Below the pieces are notes generated by a model. The model was not told the DNA's origin, did not search any database, and worked only from the letters and a program-made list of their open reading frames with translations. A stretch of DNA of 64,000 nt, taken from contig OZ024742.1 of assembly GCA_964016885.1 (NCBI GenBank), forward strand, positions 207,700,001 to 207,764,000, read 5' to 3'. Positions 25,306 to 38,800 of this stretch are shown piece by piece. This DNA is from Eledone cirrhosa (lineage: Eukaryota). The translations under genes and the position numbers were made by a program. Each line of letters opens with the position of its first letter. Position 1 is the first letter of the stretch.

Positions 25306-25350
25306 GGTCACAGTTCTTTCGTCACACACTCTGTGACCTCTTCACTGACT
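25306..25350 (-). ncRNA. Hammerhead motif, mutated (probably inactive)
   Basis: Core reads GUGAAGA and the cleavage triplet CUG, instead of CUGAAGA and CUA. Confidence 0.65.
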
Positions 25351-26100
25351 GGGAATTCCTTTCTTTGTTTCTGTACCTCTCCTTTGTTCTGTCCTACGCC
25401 ATTTTGTTTCTGTGTGTGTGTTGTGTGCTCAGTCTGCGCATGCGCCACATCCGGGTGTCTGTGTGTGTTTATGTTCATTTATTTATTTGTTTATTTACAT
25501 GTTACTGGTTGGTTGTTTGTTCTATGTGTGTGTGTGTTTTCATTTTGTCCTTAATTGTAAGTTATGATGTTGCTGTTCCACTCATATTTTCTATTTAATT
25601 TTGGTTGTAATTCTTTTATGTTTATTGCCTCTGTAATTTGTCTAAACATTGCGTCTTTTTTGTGTGTAGATTCTATTTTTATTTCTATGTTCTCTAATTT
25701 ACCCTTGTGTTCTATTTTAGCATGTTGGTAGAGTACAGATGATTCTTTATTATCTTGAAGGTCTCGCCAGTGTTCATTTATCCGTTCCCCTACACTACGA
25801 GCTGTCTCACCTATGTACACTATATTTTTGTCTGTACATTGTCCTTCAGTACATCTAATGCTATACACTACATTTCTAGTTTTACAGTCAATATTGGGCT
25901 TATTTTACAGGTTATACATTTCTTATCTATACATGAGGGTCTTTGAAAAGGGTATGTTTGCTAATAAGTGTTTTGACGGAGGTACCTGGTCTTTCTACTA
26001 TCTTAATATTGAGTTTATGTTTATTTAGGGCCCTTCTAAATTTGTAAGCTAATTCACCTCTAGGGGTTGTATAGAACAGTATAGTAAGAAGCATAATATA

Positions 26101-28296
26101 ATGGAGGCCCAGCAACTGGGAGAAAAATCTGAAAATGGCTTGCGTAAGCTCATGCAGCGCTCACGTAATGGAGAGATAGCATGCTTTCCAACAGACAAGT
26201 CTGGCAGAATGTCTGTTGACTGCCTGCCAAACTACATCCAGGCATTGCAACCCCACATCACTAACACAAGAGAGGTAACACCACAGGAGCATGAGGATAG
26301 AGAAAAAGCCCTCAATGCCCATATGGTGATGTGGACAAATATAATGCAGCCCAACAAAAGGACTGCCAACAACTTCCAGGCCTGGAACAATGACGTGCCG
26401 GCGTTGTATGGGCTTCGAAAAGACCATAAAACGGGCTGTGACCCTGTCGCGGGACCACCAACACGGCCAGTCTGTGGAGCTAACATTGCTAGTAACTACA
26501 GACTGTCCTACTTCCTCTCCCTGATCATACGCCCCATCATTGAAATGTCCCCAGATGTATGTGACAGCACGGAGGACCTCCTCAGCAGAATCGGCGTGAG
26601 TAACCGATCTGGGGACCTAACAAACTACATAATAGGCAGTATGGATGTTGTTTCCCTGTATCCATCTATTGACGTGGATTTTGCTGTGGAGAAATGCGTA
26701 GAAATGATCAGTGAGAGCAAGGTTGAGATGCGTGGGATTAATACCAGTGAGCTGGGACTCCTACTTAAGCTTACCTATAGTAATAATTACCTAGACACAT
26801 ATGACCTTAGCAACCTGTGCCCTACAAGACCAGCAAGGGGCAGACCACCTACCATTACCTCAATGGGCAAGAAAACCCACACAGATAGATGGAACGGGTG
26901 GACCAGAGCCATACGGACACCCGAAAACCACGATGAACTGAAGAAAATGATTGCACATGCGGTAGGGGCCAGCATCAAACTAACCCTTAAGGAACATATG
27001 TTCAAATTTAATGGAAAAACATATGCCCAAGAGGAAGGAGCAACCATTGGTGTTAGCATTGCAGGCGACATAGCTAACTTATTCATGGTATGGTGGGACA
27101 GTAGACTTAAACTTAAACTTAAAGAACAATTAGAAGACCCCTTAAGCCTGATAATGTACTCCCGCTACGTAGATGATATAAACATCGTAGTTAAGACACC
27201 CCCACTAGAGAACAGTCAGGAACTAGAGAAAAACACAATGGAAAGCATCCAGCAAATAGCAAACTCCATCCACCAGAGCATTAGAGTTACTATAGACGAC
27301 CCAAGTAAACAACCCAACCATCGATTACCTGTACTAGACACAGAGCTCTGGTTAGATACCATTAACAACAAAAAACAAATCCTCCATTCCCATTATGCCA
27401 AACCCATGACTTCCAAACATCTGATCCACCGAAACTCGGCCATTTCGGACCATACCAAAATCAACATACTGATTGCGGATTTGGTACGGGTGATGAGAAA
27501 TGTGTCCCACATGTGCAACCCCGAAGAACTAGAGAGACACATACAACACTTCATCCACCGTATGCAGTTCTCTGGCTACAATCAGAGAGATAAAATCAGA
27601 GTGTATAGAGGAGCCAGAACCAAATGGGAAAAAATGGGAAATAATGACATAAATGGGACCTGCCCCTTGTATAGGAGCAAATTTTGGAATAGAATAGAAA
27701 GAACTAGGAACAAGGCTAATAGAATAAACTCATGGTATGATAGCAATAAATACCAGAGTGTAATGTTCATCGATACAACTCCTAGAGGTGAATTAGCTTA
27801 CAAATTTAGAAGGGCCCTAAATACACATAAACTCAATATTAAGATAGTAGAAAGACCAGGTACCTCCGTAAAAACACTTATTAGCAAGACATACCCTTTT
27901 CAAAGACCCTCATGTATAGATAAGAAATGTATAATCTGTAAAATAAGCCCCCATATTAACTGTAAAACTAGAAATGTAGTGTATAGCATAAGATGTACTG
28001 AAGGACAATGTAGAGACAAAAATATAGTGTACATAGGTGAGACAGCTCGTAGTGTAGGGGAACGGATAAATGAACACTGGCGAGACCTTCAAGATAATAA
28101 AGAATCATCTGTACTCTACCAACATGCTAAAATAGAACACAAGGGTAAATTAGAGAACATAGAAATAAAAATAGAATCTACACACAGAAAAGACGCAATG
28201 TTTAGACAAATTACAGAGGCAATAAACATAAAAGAATTACAACCAAAATTAAATAGAAAATATGAGTGGAACAGCAACATCACAACTTACAATTAA
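26101..28296 (+). CDS. PLE reverse transcriptase + GIY-YIG endonuclease (731 aa, 5'-truncated)
   Basis: PTDKSG, YGLRKDHK, TRPV, SMDVVSLYPSI, YSRYVDD, LPVLD, VVY...VYIGETARSVGERINEH, EAINI...PKLN. Confidence 0.96.
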   Translation: MEAQQLGEKSENGLRKLMQRSRNGEIACFPTDKSGRMSVDCLPNYIQALQPHITNTREVTPQEHEDREKALNAHMVMWTNIMQPNKRTANNFQAWNNDVPALYGLRKDHKTGCDPVAGPPTRPVCGANIASNYRLSYFLSLIIRPIIEMSPDVCDSTEDLLSRIGVSNRSGDLTNYIIGSMDVVSLYPSIDVDFAVEKCVEMISESKVEMRGINTSELGLLLKLTYSNNYLDTYDLSNLCPTRPARGRPPTITSMGKKTHTDRWNGWTRAIRTPENHDELKKMIAHAVGASIKLTLKEHMFKFNGKTYAQEEGATIGVSIAGDIANLFMVWWDSRLKLKLKEQLEDPLSLIMYSRYVDDINIVVKTPPLENSQELEKNTMESIQQIANSIHQSIRVTIDDPSKQPNHRLPVLDTELWLDTINNKKQILHSHYAKPMTSKHLIHRNSAISDHTKINILIADLVRVMRNVSHMCNPEELERHIQHFIHRMQFSGYNQRDKIRVYRGARTKWEKMGNNDINGTCPLYRSKFWNRIERTRNKANRINSWYDSNKYQSVMFIDTTPRGELAYKFRRALNTHKLNIKIVERPGTSVKTLISKTYPFQRPSCIDKKCIICKISPHINCKTRNVVYSIRCTEGQCRDKNIVYIGETARSVGERINEHWRDLQDNKESSVLYQHAKIEHKGKLENIEIKIESTHRKDAMFRQITEAINIKELQPKLNRKYEWNSNITTYN

Positions 28297-28496
28297 GGAC
28301 AAAATGAAAACACACACACACATAGAACAAACAACCAACCAGTAATATGTAAATAAACAAATAAATAAATGAACATAAACACACACAGACACCCGGATGT
28401 GGCGCATGCGCAGACTGAGCACACAACACACACACAGAAACAAAATGGCGTATGACAGAACAAAGGAGAGGCACAGAAACAAAGAAAGGAATCCCC

Positions 28497-28541
28497 AGTC
28501 ACTGAAGAGGTCACATAGTGTGTGACGAAAGAACTATGACT
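28497..28541 (+). ncRNA. Minimal type I hammerhead ribozyme motif
   Basis: AGUCA-CUGAAGA-G-GUCACA-UAGUG-UGUGAC-GAAAG-AA-CUA-UGACU. Confidence 0.8.
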
Positions 28542-28743
28542 ATATATAAACAACTATCTGGTTGTGGAACCAACCAACCAACCAGAAATTTATAAATTTA
28601 TAAATTTATAAATATATAATAAATTGAAGTGAAAGCAACTGGTGCGTGTGTTTCTTATTGGCAACATGACCCTCCCAAAGTATAACAATATCGGTTTCAA
28701 CACACGATTTCAGATAAAGAATCTTGCTAAACAAATTCAGAAA

Positions 28744-28808
<65 letters not shown>

Positions 28809-31800
28809 TGAGTGTGTGTGTGTGTGTGTTTTTGTGTGTATATGTGAATAAGATTCAATAAAAAAAATGCTAAAATTTCTGACACAAAAAATATTTTGCA
28901 TGTCTTCAATTGCATTTGCAACCGTGTCTGCTGTGTTTTGCACAAACATGATGTGGTGGGTACGACAGGAAATTTAAGATAGGCGTGTCGAAATTATGAG
29001 TGTAATGAAAAGAAGGAGGAAGGTGGAAAAAGAGTTTGGGACGGCTACAATTGGATTCAATTGTGGAAGGTTTGAATCATTTTCTGTTATATTGCAGGAA
29101 GAATTATTCGCTGACTATCAGGTGCAGTAGCAGCAAAAACAATATCATCATCATCATCAATAACAACAACAACACTAGCATCACCACCACTATCACCACC
29201 GCTGCCACCACTACCACTGCTACCATACGTCCTCGCCACCATCACCGCTACTACTAATACTACTATTGTTGTTTATGTTGTTGTGTAATGATATTATTGC
29301 TGTCCTTGTTTCATCCACGTCGGCCTTGATTCAAGAAACATATGATATACTCTAGAACTTTCTGGACTATATTGACAAATGTGTTTGTCCTTTGTAAAGA
29401 CGGAGGTGAATGTTTTGTGGGAGTTTCAGAGGCTAATTTGATCAGGTCCATTTATTAGTTCATGTTCCATCATTGTTGCTTATTTTGCTGCTGTTGTTGT
29501 ACATGCTTTTGTTGGTTGCTTGTTGCGTCTTGTTGTTGTTCTTGTTTTGTTTTTGTCATTGATTTGGCTGCTGTTTTTGTTCTTCGTGTTATTGTTATTG
29601 TTGTTGAAGTTGTTGTTTGTGTTGCTGTTGCTGCTGATTTTGTTGTCATTGTATTGCTGCTGTTGCTGATGCTGATGCTGATGCTCTTGAGTTAGAACCA
29701 ACACATAATCCGAAACACAATTCCTTAAATCCACACATCACATGGTCCTAAAACAACTATAAAGAATTTGGGTTGACTTACAAATACTCATTCTGTCTTA
29801 TATACACATATATACACCAGGTCCGAACACAAAACTGACACTTCACTGCCTCGGTCGCACCCGGCCTCCCCATCTTTCACTATTGTGAACAAATAGAGGC
29901 CCACGTATGCATGCCACATTGAATAACATAATCCTAGATATATTATATCTTAGAAAAATACTGAGAAGGAGATCAATTGAGGACTTGTCAAATAGTTGAG
30001 TTTGTTGTCAATGTTGTCTTTAGTGTTAACAATGTTGTTATGTTTTGCTGTTATTCTTGTTGTTATTTTGGTTCTATGTCACCATAGACATTGCAATCAT
30101 AAATATCGTTGTGGATATTGTTATGCTCTTGCTCTTTAACCACATAGCAGCGTTGATAAAGCAATAATAATCGATGGCTACTTTCTTTCTAACAATGTGT
30201 GAGATTTGATGAAAATGTAGCTATTTCTAGCAGATACAATATTCATGCTGAGCAGTGCTGAGAAACATTTTTTTTTTTCAGAAACAAATCGCGAATGCAT
30301 AATAATATGTAGAATGCAATTGCATTAATAAAAATAATTAATCAATAATTTTACACTGTCATATGTATACTACGTAATTAAATGTATTGGGCTAAGCCTT
30401 AAATGTTTTCTTTTGTCTCATTATTCTGAGAATCTTTGCCAACGGGCGGCTTCATATTTAAACAGGAGGAAAATTTAGCCGCAAACGATAGCTTCCGTAT
30501 TGCTCGTGTCAAATTTACTAAATGACACGAAGATATTATTTTTCTGGTAATGTGCTTGTTCTTTTACTGTTAAGGCGAGGCAATGACCCTGATTCTTTCC
30601 AGTGCCTTCGCGACTTTGCAGTGGAGGTTTTCTAAAGCTCGTTACATATTCCCAAAAGACTGCAACAAAGTGGACATCGCTAAAGACAGCCAAGGATAAA
30701 TAGTGATATGAGACAGTAACTAATTAAGTCTATGTTCAAGGTAAGTTAGTGTGCGATTTAATCCCAGGTTGAAAAGAACCAAAACAAATACTACAGCGTT
30801 TCTTGCTTAACACTCTTACAATTCCGTCAATTCCCCTACCTTAGACTTGTATACTATTAGCCGCGAAAGGGGAGAGGGCAAATTTAACAACGAGGAAAAG
30901 TTAACGTACTTAAGAAAGCTAGGTCCATATGTTGTTTTCGATCCTACTTACAGACCTTTCTTGTGCAATCAGAAAGAAAAAACATGCGCATTACATTTTC
31001 CCATAGGAATTACTAATAGCTATATATAGTCTTCATGGCTTTGTAAGTAATGTTGATAGCTAATACTATAGTTATTATTGAGGCTATCATTGAAATAATT
31101 GTTACATTTCTTGTTAATGGTATTGCTGTTATTGTTTTTGTTTCTGTTACTGATGCTACCGATTGTCGTTCTTGTACTTAAACTATGTTGTTGTTGCTGT
31201 CTAGACTAACTCCCATTTCCTGTGAACATGCCGTGAACGATTTTGATAAAAGTAATTTAATGAAATTAGTTGCTTATGCACAACTGTAATACTCCTCATT
31301 TACAACTGTCCTTCATTTTCATGAGTCACAATGATATTAAAGGAGGAAAGTTGAGGAAGGGAAAAAGGAATAGAATGTGTGTGTGTGTGTGTGTGAGAGG
31401 GGGGGGGGGGGGCGGTAGAGAGTGAGAGTGAGAGTGAGAGATGAAAGTCAGAGAGGAAAGTGGGAAATGAGGAGAAAGAGGAGACACAGAGTAGAGAGAC
31501 AATAGGAAGTACTACCATGGTCGTCGTTCTAAGTGCACCAAACATTTGCAGGCTGTACGTCATTCTGAGTCGTGATGCTTAATAGAACCCGTTTCCTTTT
31601 GACTATCTTCTCACAACTTATTATGCTTTAATACTCTGAGCTTCATATCAAATAAAAAGAAAAAATAGAACTAACTAATACGCATCTATTCATCTCTTCA
31701 AACATAGTGATAAGGGCTAGATAAAATATAGACACAAATTGTCAGCTAGGTAGACCGATAAAAAGAGACAGGGGGAGAGAGAGATGGAGGCGGAGAGAGG

Positions 31801-31919
31801 AATAGTTGGAAAGAGATAGAATTTGATTGATCTCAAAAAGTAAATTTTCTCTGATAATACTTTAGCAATATTTATCAAATATACCTACACACACACACAC
31901 ACACAAATATATATGTATG

Positions 31920-31979
<60 letters not shown>

Positions 31980-32869
31980 TTATACATTCATTCTTATTTT
32001 AGATATGAACGTCAAATGAAAATGAACAACACCAGATTTAAATCTCTTTCATAGCTTCATGATAGATAACAAATGTGAAGTCCATCTGTGCTTTTGACGG
32101 ATATAAATTAATCTCTAGCCCAAAGCTCAGTTTTGCTTTCTGATTTTATCACAAATGCTGCAATACACAAATACTTTTAGTACGTTTTGGAATACAATGT
32201 AAGCTAGTAACTAGTAACTAGAATTTCCAATTTTGCACATATTAAAGTTGGAAACGAAATTATTGAGATATTAGGTGATTTATTTCTGCTGATTATGAAG
32301 AGGAAGAAGGTCCTTCGTGAATTATCGTTGATTAATTTCTTTCTATTTTAAAACTAATATTGTGCAGATTCACTTCGCTTGACCTATGGTTTATAGCGCT
32401 TACGGCTTTCAGAACAAAGAGTTGTCACATACGTGTGTGCTTTACACGTTCCTGCATTCGATAATTAATTTATTTTAGTTAATCAAAATCTCAAGGTTAT
32501 TATCACCTCTCCGTAGTTAACAAAATAGATGTTATTTGAAGGCTACGACGATGTAAAATTGACGGTAGATTTTCAAATAAATTTATGGTAACAAAGATGT
32601 TAATGTTTCACCTGTTATTCTGTTTACCTGCCCCAATATTTCGAGACGAAAACCCCTTCATCAGAACAATATAATAAGAAAGAAACGGGCTCACAGTTCC
32701 TGCATTTGTAGTCATAAATCAGGAGAAACTTACATTAGTACTTAACTGATATAAAGGACGTATATATTAATTACTTATTGCCGAGGAAACTGAAGAAGGT
32801 TTTTCCGTCATAAGTTTCCTGTAATTAACGAGGGCTCTCAATATCATAAAATGCACATTCATTAAAATA

Positions 32870-33603
32870 ATTGATGGTTTCTGATTTAGGCACAAGGTCA
32901 ACAATTTGGGGCGGAGAATGTCGATTTAATCGACCCCATGAGGACGAAAGGCAAAGCTAATCTCAGTGGAATATAAAATGATAATGTAAAGGGCTGTTAC
33001 TCTATGCTGCAAAGCATGGTTGGTGTACGACGATCGACTGATACTGCCAATCCACCACCTTTTTTCTTTAAATAAGTACTGATTTCTGCTATAGGCACAA
33101 GGCCAACAATTTTGTGGTGAGGGGAAAGTCGATTAAATCGATCCCATTGCATTACAGGTTCTTTATTTTATCGACCCTGTAAGGATGAATGGCAAATCTA
33201 ACCTCGGCTGGATTTGAATTCAGAACGTAAAGGGCCATAACTATGCTGCAAAGTATGGGGTCTGATGCTCTACCGATACTGCCAATCCACGCCCTTTCCA
33301 TTAAAATAAATAATTATTTCTACTTTTTGGCACAAGGCCAGCAATTATCCAGTACATTACTTGTACTTTATTTTATTGACCCCCGTAGGGATGAAAGGCA
33401 AAGTTAACCTTGGCGGTGTTTGAACTCTGAATGGCAAGGGCTGTAACTCTATGCGTCTAAGCATGGTGTCTGACCCTCTACAGATACTGCCAATCGACCG
33501 CCATAAAGTAAATAATTGTTTCTACTTTTGGTAGAAGGCCAGCAAATTACACAGTGTATTACTGGTACTTTATTTTATCGACCCCGTAAGAATGGAAGGC
33601 AAA
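32870..33603 (-). mobile_element. Head-to-tail array of four tRNA-derived SINE copies
   Basis: GGCACAAGGCCAGCAAT...GGATGAAAGGCAAA...GATACTGCCAATCCACC recurs at about 32870, 33080, 33310 and 33510 (last partial). Confidence 0.85.
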
Positions 33604-33894
33604 TAATAGATGTGCGACGAAAAATTCTGCAGAAATTAGAATTTGATCATATTTTAATACTTCACTAATTTAACACAGTGTACATTGAGTTGAATAGCAG
33701 CAGCATATAAGAATGCTAAATGACTTAACAAATGGCTGTTTCTTTGAACAATGAATAAAGTATTTAAAATCGTCTGTCTGCCAAAAATTAAATAGTTAAT
33801 TAAGAAAATTAAGAACAACTCTTTTTTGTAGGAATATATTTGTCTCACAGAAATTTTCAAATATTAAGAAACATGATCCGAAATTCATTCATTC

Positions 33895-33940
<46 letters not shown>

Positions 33941-33941
<1 letters not shown>

Positions 33942-33999
33942 TCTTTTACTCTTTTACCTGTTTCAGCCATCCGGCTGAGGCCATGCTGGGGCACCGCCC
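33941..33999 (-). mobile_element. 3' end of a second SINE family
   Basis: rc GGCGGTGCCCCAGCATGGCC...CTGAAACAGGTAAAAGAGTAAAAGAG, with a related piece near 320-375. From memory it resembles an abundant octopus SINE tail. Confidence 0.6.
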
Positions 34000-34010
34000 T
34001 ATATATATAT

Positions 34011-34202
34011 ATAGGAACGATTGTGACCCCGACGGCAGAGCTCAGGCCGTTTCGACGGCTATTTCAGTCCAGAAATAGCCTTCGAAACGGCTGGAGCTCT
34101 GCCGTCGGGGTCAAACTTGTTCCTATTACCCACTCTACTACCCTAAGTATTTAGTACTTTGGTGCGTTATGGTCCATCTGGTTCCTTACCACAATTCCTT
34201 CG

Positions 34203-34204
<2 letters not shown>
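34011..34204 (-). mobile_element. Short repeat element with terminal hairpin, set in (TA)n, copy 2
   Basis: Palindrome at 34011-34126 plus a unique arm homologous to 20333-20412. Confidence 0.75.
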
Positions 34205-34239
<35 letters not shown>

Positions 34240-34467
34240 TATTAATAAATGCAAAGACTAAAATCCGAAGAGGGCTCGATAAGGGTAAATATATATCAAA
34301 TATATAAAAACCATAGACCAAATATTTATTAAAATAACAGATTAAAAGTTTAAGCAAAGAATTGCTGCTAAAACCCTTAATGGGATCTTTTAGTTTCAGA
34401 TGGTCTCGTTAAGGCTGAAAGCAGCGATTGTTTGCTTAAACTTTAATCTGTTGTTTATATATATATA

Positions 34468-35929
34468 CTAGCAGTGGTACCCGGCGTTGCATGGGATAAG
34501 GTATTTTGGAACGCTGGCCGCCAACGGACCTAATCGTGCAAAAACAGCATGCCTGGACAATATGTAAAGAAAAGAAACCGAACATTCTGATGGCTGGATA
34601 ATCTTTAAGATTTTTCTCGTAGAAGCAGGAAAAATGCAGGTTTTCACCTAATGTGGGCTCTAGGGGATCAAGAAAATGAATTCTTTTTATGTGCATAATA
34701 TTCCTTGAAACTTCTGGAAAATCGGCTAGCTGTAACGCGTTAAAAAAGCCCTAAAAAGCTGAATAAATGAAGTGTTTCACCTAATGCGGGCCCTAGGCCA
34801 TAAAAAAGTTGGATTTTCTTTACTCACGGTATGAGGAAGAGACTGACTAATACATAGTTTCAATTTAAGGGAAATCTGTCTGACGTAACGCCTCAAAATA
34901 ACCCTAAAACTCTTTAAAAAGCAGTTTTTTACCTAATGCGGGCCCTAGGGGATCAAAACGTTGAATTTTTTATGTGCATAACACTCCCTGAAAGATAACA
35001 CGGGCCGCCAACATACATAATCGTGGAAATACTACATGCCTTGACAATATGTAAAGAAAATAAACCGAATGCTCTGATGCAATTAGTATTAGGTATACAT
35101 CTCCTTCCACGTGGAGAAAATCAGGTTGGTGCTTTTGTACTTTAATAAACTGGCATGAGTCAGCAGGACAGATGTCACCACTTATGTCGGAGGGAAGTCT
35201 GCATGCTTGAGCAAGGCATTACGTGCAATCGGACAGTATGTGGAGCCTTCTCGATGTAGTACATCGCACCTTAGTAAGTAAACGCAACTGGACAAACGTT
35301 TACCAAACTGTGGGTATAATTCAACAAATTTAAAGAGCAATGGGGCAATAAAATGGGCCCCGAGGCGGGCGTGTGCGTGTTGACTGGAAGCCCTAAACGA
35401 AAGGGTTGGCATCAGTTATTTCAAGGGCCTTGTAAGCCGTTCAGTGACACCCCAGTAAGGAGGGGTAACCATCAACAATTTCAAGTGGTGGCCCTAAAAA
35501 GGGCCATGTGAGAGTTCACTTGTAGGTCTTAATAATGACTTTGACTGCGTTGTCTGACATTTGGCTGGTGTTACGGTTGCTTCCACTGGTAGCCTTTAGA
35601 ATGAATCAGAATGCGTTCGCGGTCCGTTTAACAGCCATACATTGACGCGCCGCCGAGTGCGATGCAAACAGCCAGACATGCAGACACATATTATAAGGGC
35701 ACGACGTAATATCTATGTATCTATCTAAAAAGAGAAAGACTAAGAATTATATAGAGAGATCGCTAAATCGCCTAATGCGGTCTCTAGGGCATAGAACATT
35801 TGAAATGTTTATTGCCCAAAACACTCCCTGAAACATAAGTATTACACGTGTAAAGTCTGAAAACAGTAGGTTGGGTGCTTCTCGAGTTTTAAGGATTCAA
35901 ACTCACACACACACATACAGACATCCTCA

Positions 35930-35997
<68 letters not shown>
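34468..35997 (-). mobile_element. Non-autonomous Helitron, copy 2, with extra internal segment
   Basis: Same CTAG end and hairpin as copy 1 and collinear with it, but with a duplicated ~80-bp piece (35000-35080) and ~580 bp of extra DNA. Confidence 0.8.
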
Positions 35998-35998
<1 letters not shown>

Positions 35999-36199
35999 CA
36001 TTAAGGATACTATTTATGGTTATGTATATACTAAAACCTTTTATAGTTATATATATTTTAAACCCTAAATAGGGAAAGACAATAATTTATTACTACCTTA
36101 TTACCAGTAAGATAAATAGCTCAATGTAATAACATCAGTTGTTCTACAGAGCAGTTATATAGAAATTACATGAATCAAAGTTCTGTTTAAACCATTTAT

Positions 36200-36247
36200 T
36201 CGCTTACAATTGTTTTTCCAAACCGAGGTTTGAGGTCTTCGGAGCAA
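36200..36247 (-). ncRNA. Hammerhead-like motif (inverted copy, variant core)
   Basis: Reverse-complement counterpart of 40278-40326. Confidence 0.55.
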
Positions 36248-36999
36248 TTTTTCAATGATTGTTTACATACTTGACCTCCTTTCCAACACGAGAGACACAC
36301 AGAAACATATGTATATACTGATGCACAGTTGGTAGACATCCATTATAATATTTTAGCATGGCAATTTACATTCAAAGATTAAAGTCATATTAAAAGAAAA
36401 CAATATTGAAGTTAAAATACAACATTGGCAGTTTACGAAGAAAATGCAAGAGGATAGTTAGAAGTGGTTAGTGTATGCAATAGTTACACGTGGGGCATGC
36501 ACGTGTGTCTTATTTATATAAGATTATAGTGCGGCAGGGTGTTATATGTCATACAAGCACTTTAAGCGGGCAATCAGGAGTATTATGTGGGTTGTATTGG
36601 TTAAGTATTTTTTTATATATGTATGATATAGAAGCTTGTGTGCAGAGAAATATTAAAATATTAAAAATGAGAAGCAGAACAATGTTATGGTTTTCACAAT
36701 CCAGGAAACGTAATATATAGATTATATGTCCTTCACATAATCTACGATGATTCAATATTGGATGCTTGATGAATTATGTTACAGCTTGTTGTTCTTTAAT
36801 CCAATTTTATAGAGCATGTTGTTTTTCGTTGCGAGAATTAAAATCGTATTATTTTCCGGAAGTGTGTGTGTGATTAAGGGGAGTTAATGCGTGAGGGGAG
36901 GTAACTAGCTGATTTCTATAACTAAATTTATTATCCTAATGTACATTAAATGGTGTCTCAAATGAGTCCTTATCATATAAGATTATAAACAGTTATCAT

Positions 37000-38800
37000 C
37001 AGTAAGAAGATTCTAGATAATATCATCTCACAGATTAAACACAAGATATACCTTAATCAATAGGGAAATACGGGTGAAGTTATTGAATGGTTCAAAGATA
37101 TCAAGGATAACAAGGATAACAAATTTATTCAATTTGATATCAATTCATACTACACCTCTATTTCCCCTATCCTATTAAATAAGGCACTAATCATGGCCAT
37201 GGACAATAGTGACCTGACTAGACCCCAGATTGATGTCATACTTGCGGCCCGTAAAACCGTAATTACCTTTGAAGTCCAATTATGGACCCGCAAAGATACG
37301 CAAAACAACTTCGACATAACCATGGGATCTAGTGACTCGGCGCAGGTCACTGATTTGGTCGGCCTATATTTTATTAACGAAATCCATAAGGACCTTCCAT
37401 ACCTCAACGGTGGTTTGTACCGCGATGATGCACTTCTACTTATAGACTATAACAATTCAATATAGAAAGAACTAGAAAACTATTGCACAAGACATTCAAA
37501 AACTATAACCTTAGTATTACCATGGACAAAAACACTAAAAACGTTAACTTCCTGGACGCCACCCTCTACCTAGACTCAAAGATATATACACCTTTCCATA
37601 AACCTAACTAAAAACTCATTTACGTAGATACCAAGTCTAACCACCCTAGATCAATATTAAACTCTATCTCTAAGGGAGTATCCAATAGAATCTCTTATCA
37701 TCCTATGACGTAAACATATTTAACAAAAACTCGCAATATTATAATCAGGCATTAGCTAGATCAGGCCATAATATAGAGATCAAGTTCCTACCTACAAAAA
37801 CACATAGCTACAACATTATTTCGCACAATATGTCCATGAGGAAATTTAGTAATAAGAATAGTAACCACACACACACTAATACGGAGGATGCCAACAAAAG
37901 TAACCCAAACCACAGAAATTACCATAGTACCATAAAAGGAAACAACTCACCATACATAAAAAAAATAGAAGAAGAAATAATACATTTTTCAACCCTGCTT
38001 TCAATCTAAACGTCTCTACCAACCTACCTAGGGCTTTCTTCTCACTACTAGATAAACACTTCCCATCTGGCCACAAGTACCATAGCCTTTTAAACAAAAA
38101 CACTATTAAAATCTCCTACTCTACTACGCCTAACATAGCATACCACATAGCTAGTAGCAATAAAAGAAAAAATAATTATTACTTCCAACAAATTTAATCA
38201 CAACAGACGATAAACGTTCAAAATATCATTATATCGACTAACCCTAATAACAATAGTAATAATAGTAATAGCAATTGTGTAAGCAATAACGCTGGCAACG
38301 ACAACCCCCATAACCATAATCCTATGGCTACCATCCAGACTTCTACACAACATAATAACCGGCAGACTAACACCCAGAATAATTGTAACTGTAGATCAAA
38401 TAGTACCTGCCCTTTAGATAAAAAATGCTTAATCAAGGATATCATATACTCATGCACCGTCACAACTAGCAACTCTTCTGAAACCTATATAGGCTCTACT
38501 TCAAACTGCTTCAAAACCAGATACAATTCACACCTACACTCTTTCAAAAAACACAGTCTAGCCAACTCCACTTCACTATCTAGCTACATACACTATCTAA
38601 AAACTAAAAATAAATCTTATACACTAAAATGGGAAGTGATAGGTAACGCGACATCGTACAAACCACATACATGTTTTAACCTCTGTCTACTAGAGACACA
38701 TACTATTATCTTCTCAAACCATAACCTCCTTAATAAAAATCAGAAGTGTTCGCGTCTTGCCAGCACCGCTTCCGACACTCCTTCCAAAACTTTAAACCCA
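37000..38800 (+). pseudogene. PLE RT + GIY-YIG, disrupted
   Basis: FIQFDINSYYTSI, FDITMGSSDSAQVTDLVGLY, GLYRDD, VNFLD, FFNPAFN, CNCR..CPL, IIY..YIGST, with stops and frameshifts. Confidence 0.92.

Larger units (their letters stand above)
25157..28748 (+). mobile_element. Penelope-like element, family A copy 1, with ~910-bp inverted pseudo-LTR
   Basis: 25157-26070 is the reverse complement of about 27772-28690. The main copy carries an extra ~55-nt tail. (TA)n on both sides. Confidence 0.95.

Noticed and set aside
30475-30693. Possible host exon in non-repetitive DNA
   Set aside because: No recognisable domain or clear splice signals; would need RNA-seq or BLASTX.
33075-33295. tRNA genes
   Set aside because: The A/B-box-like motifs belong to SINE heads; no cloverleaf can be formed.
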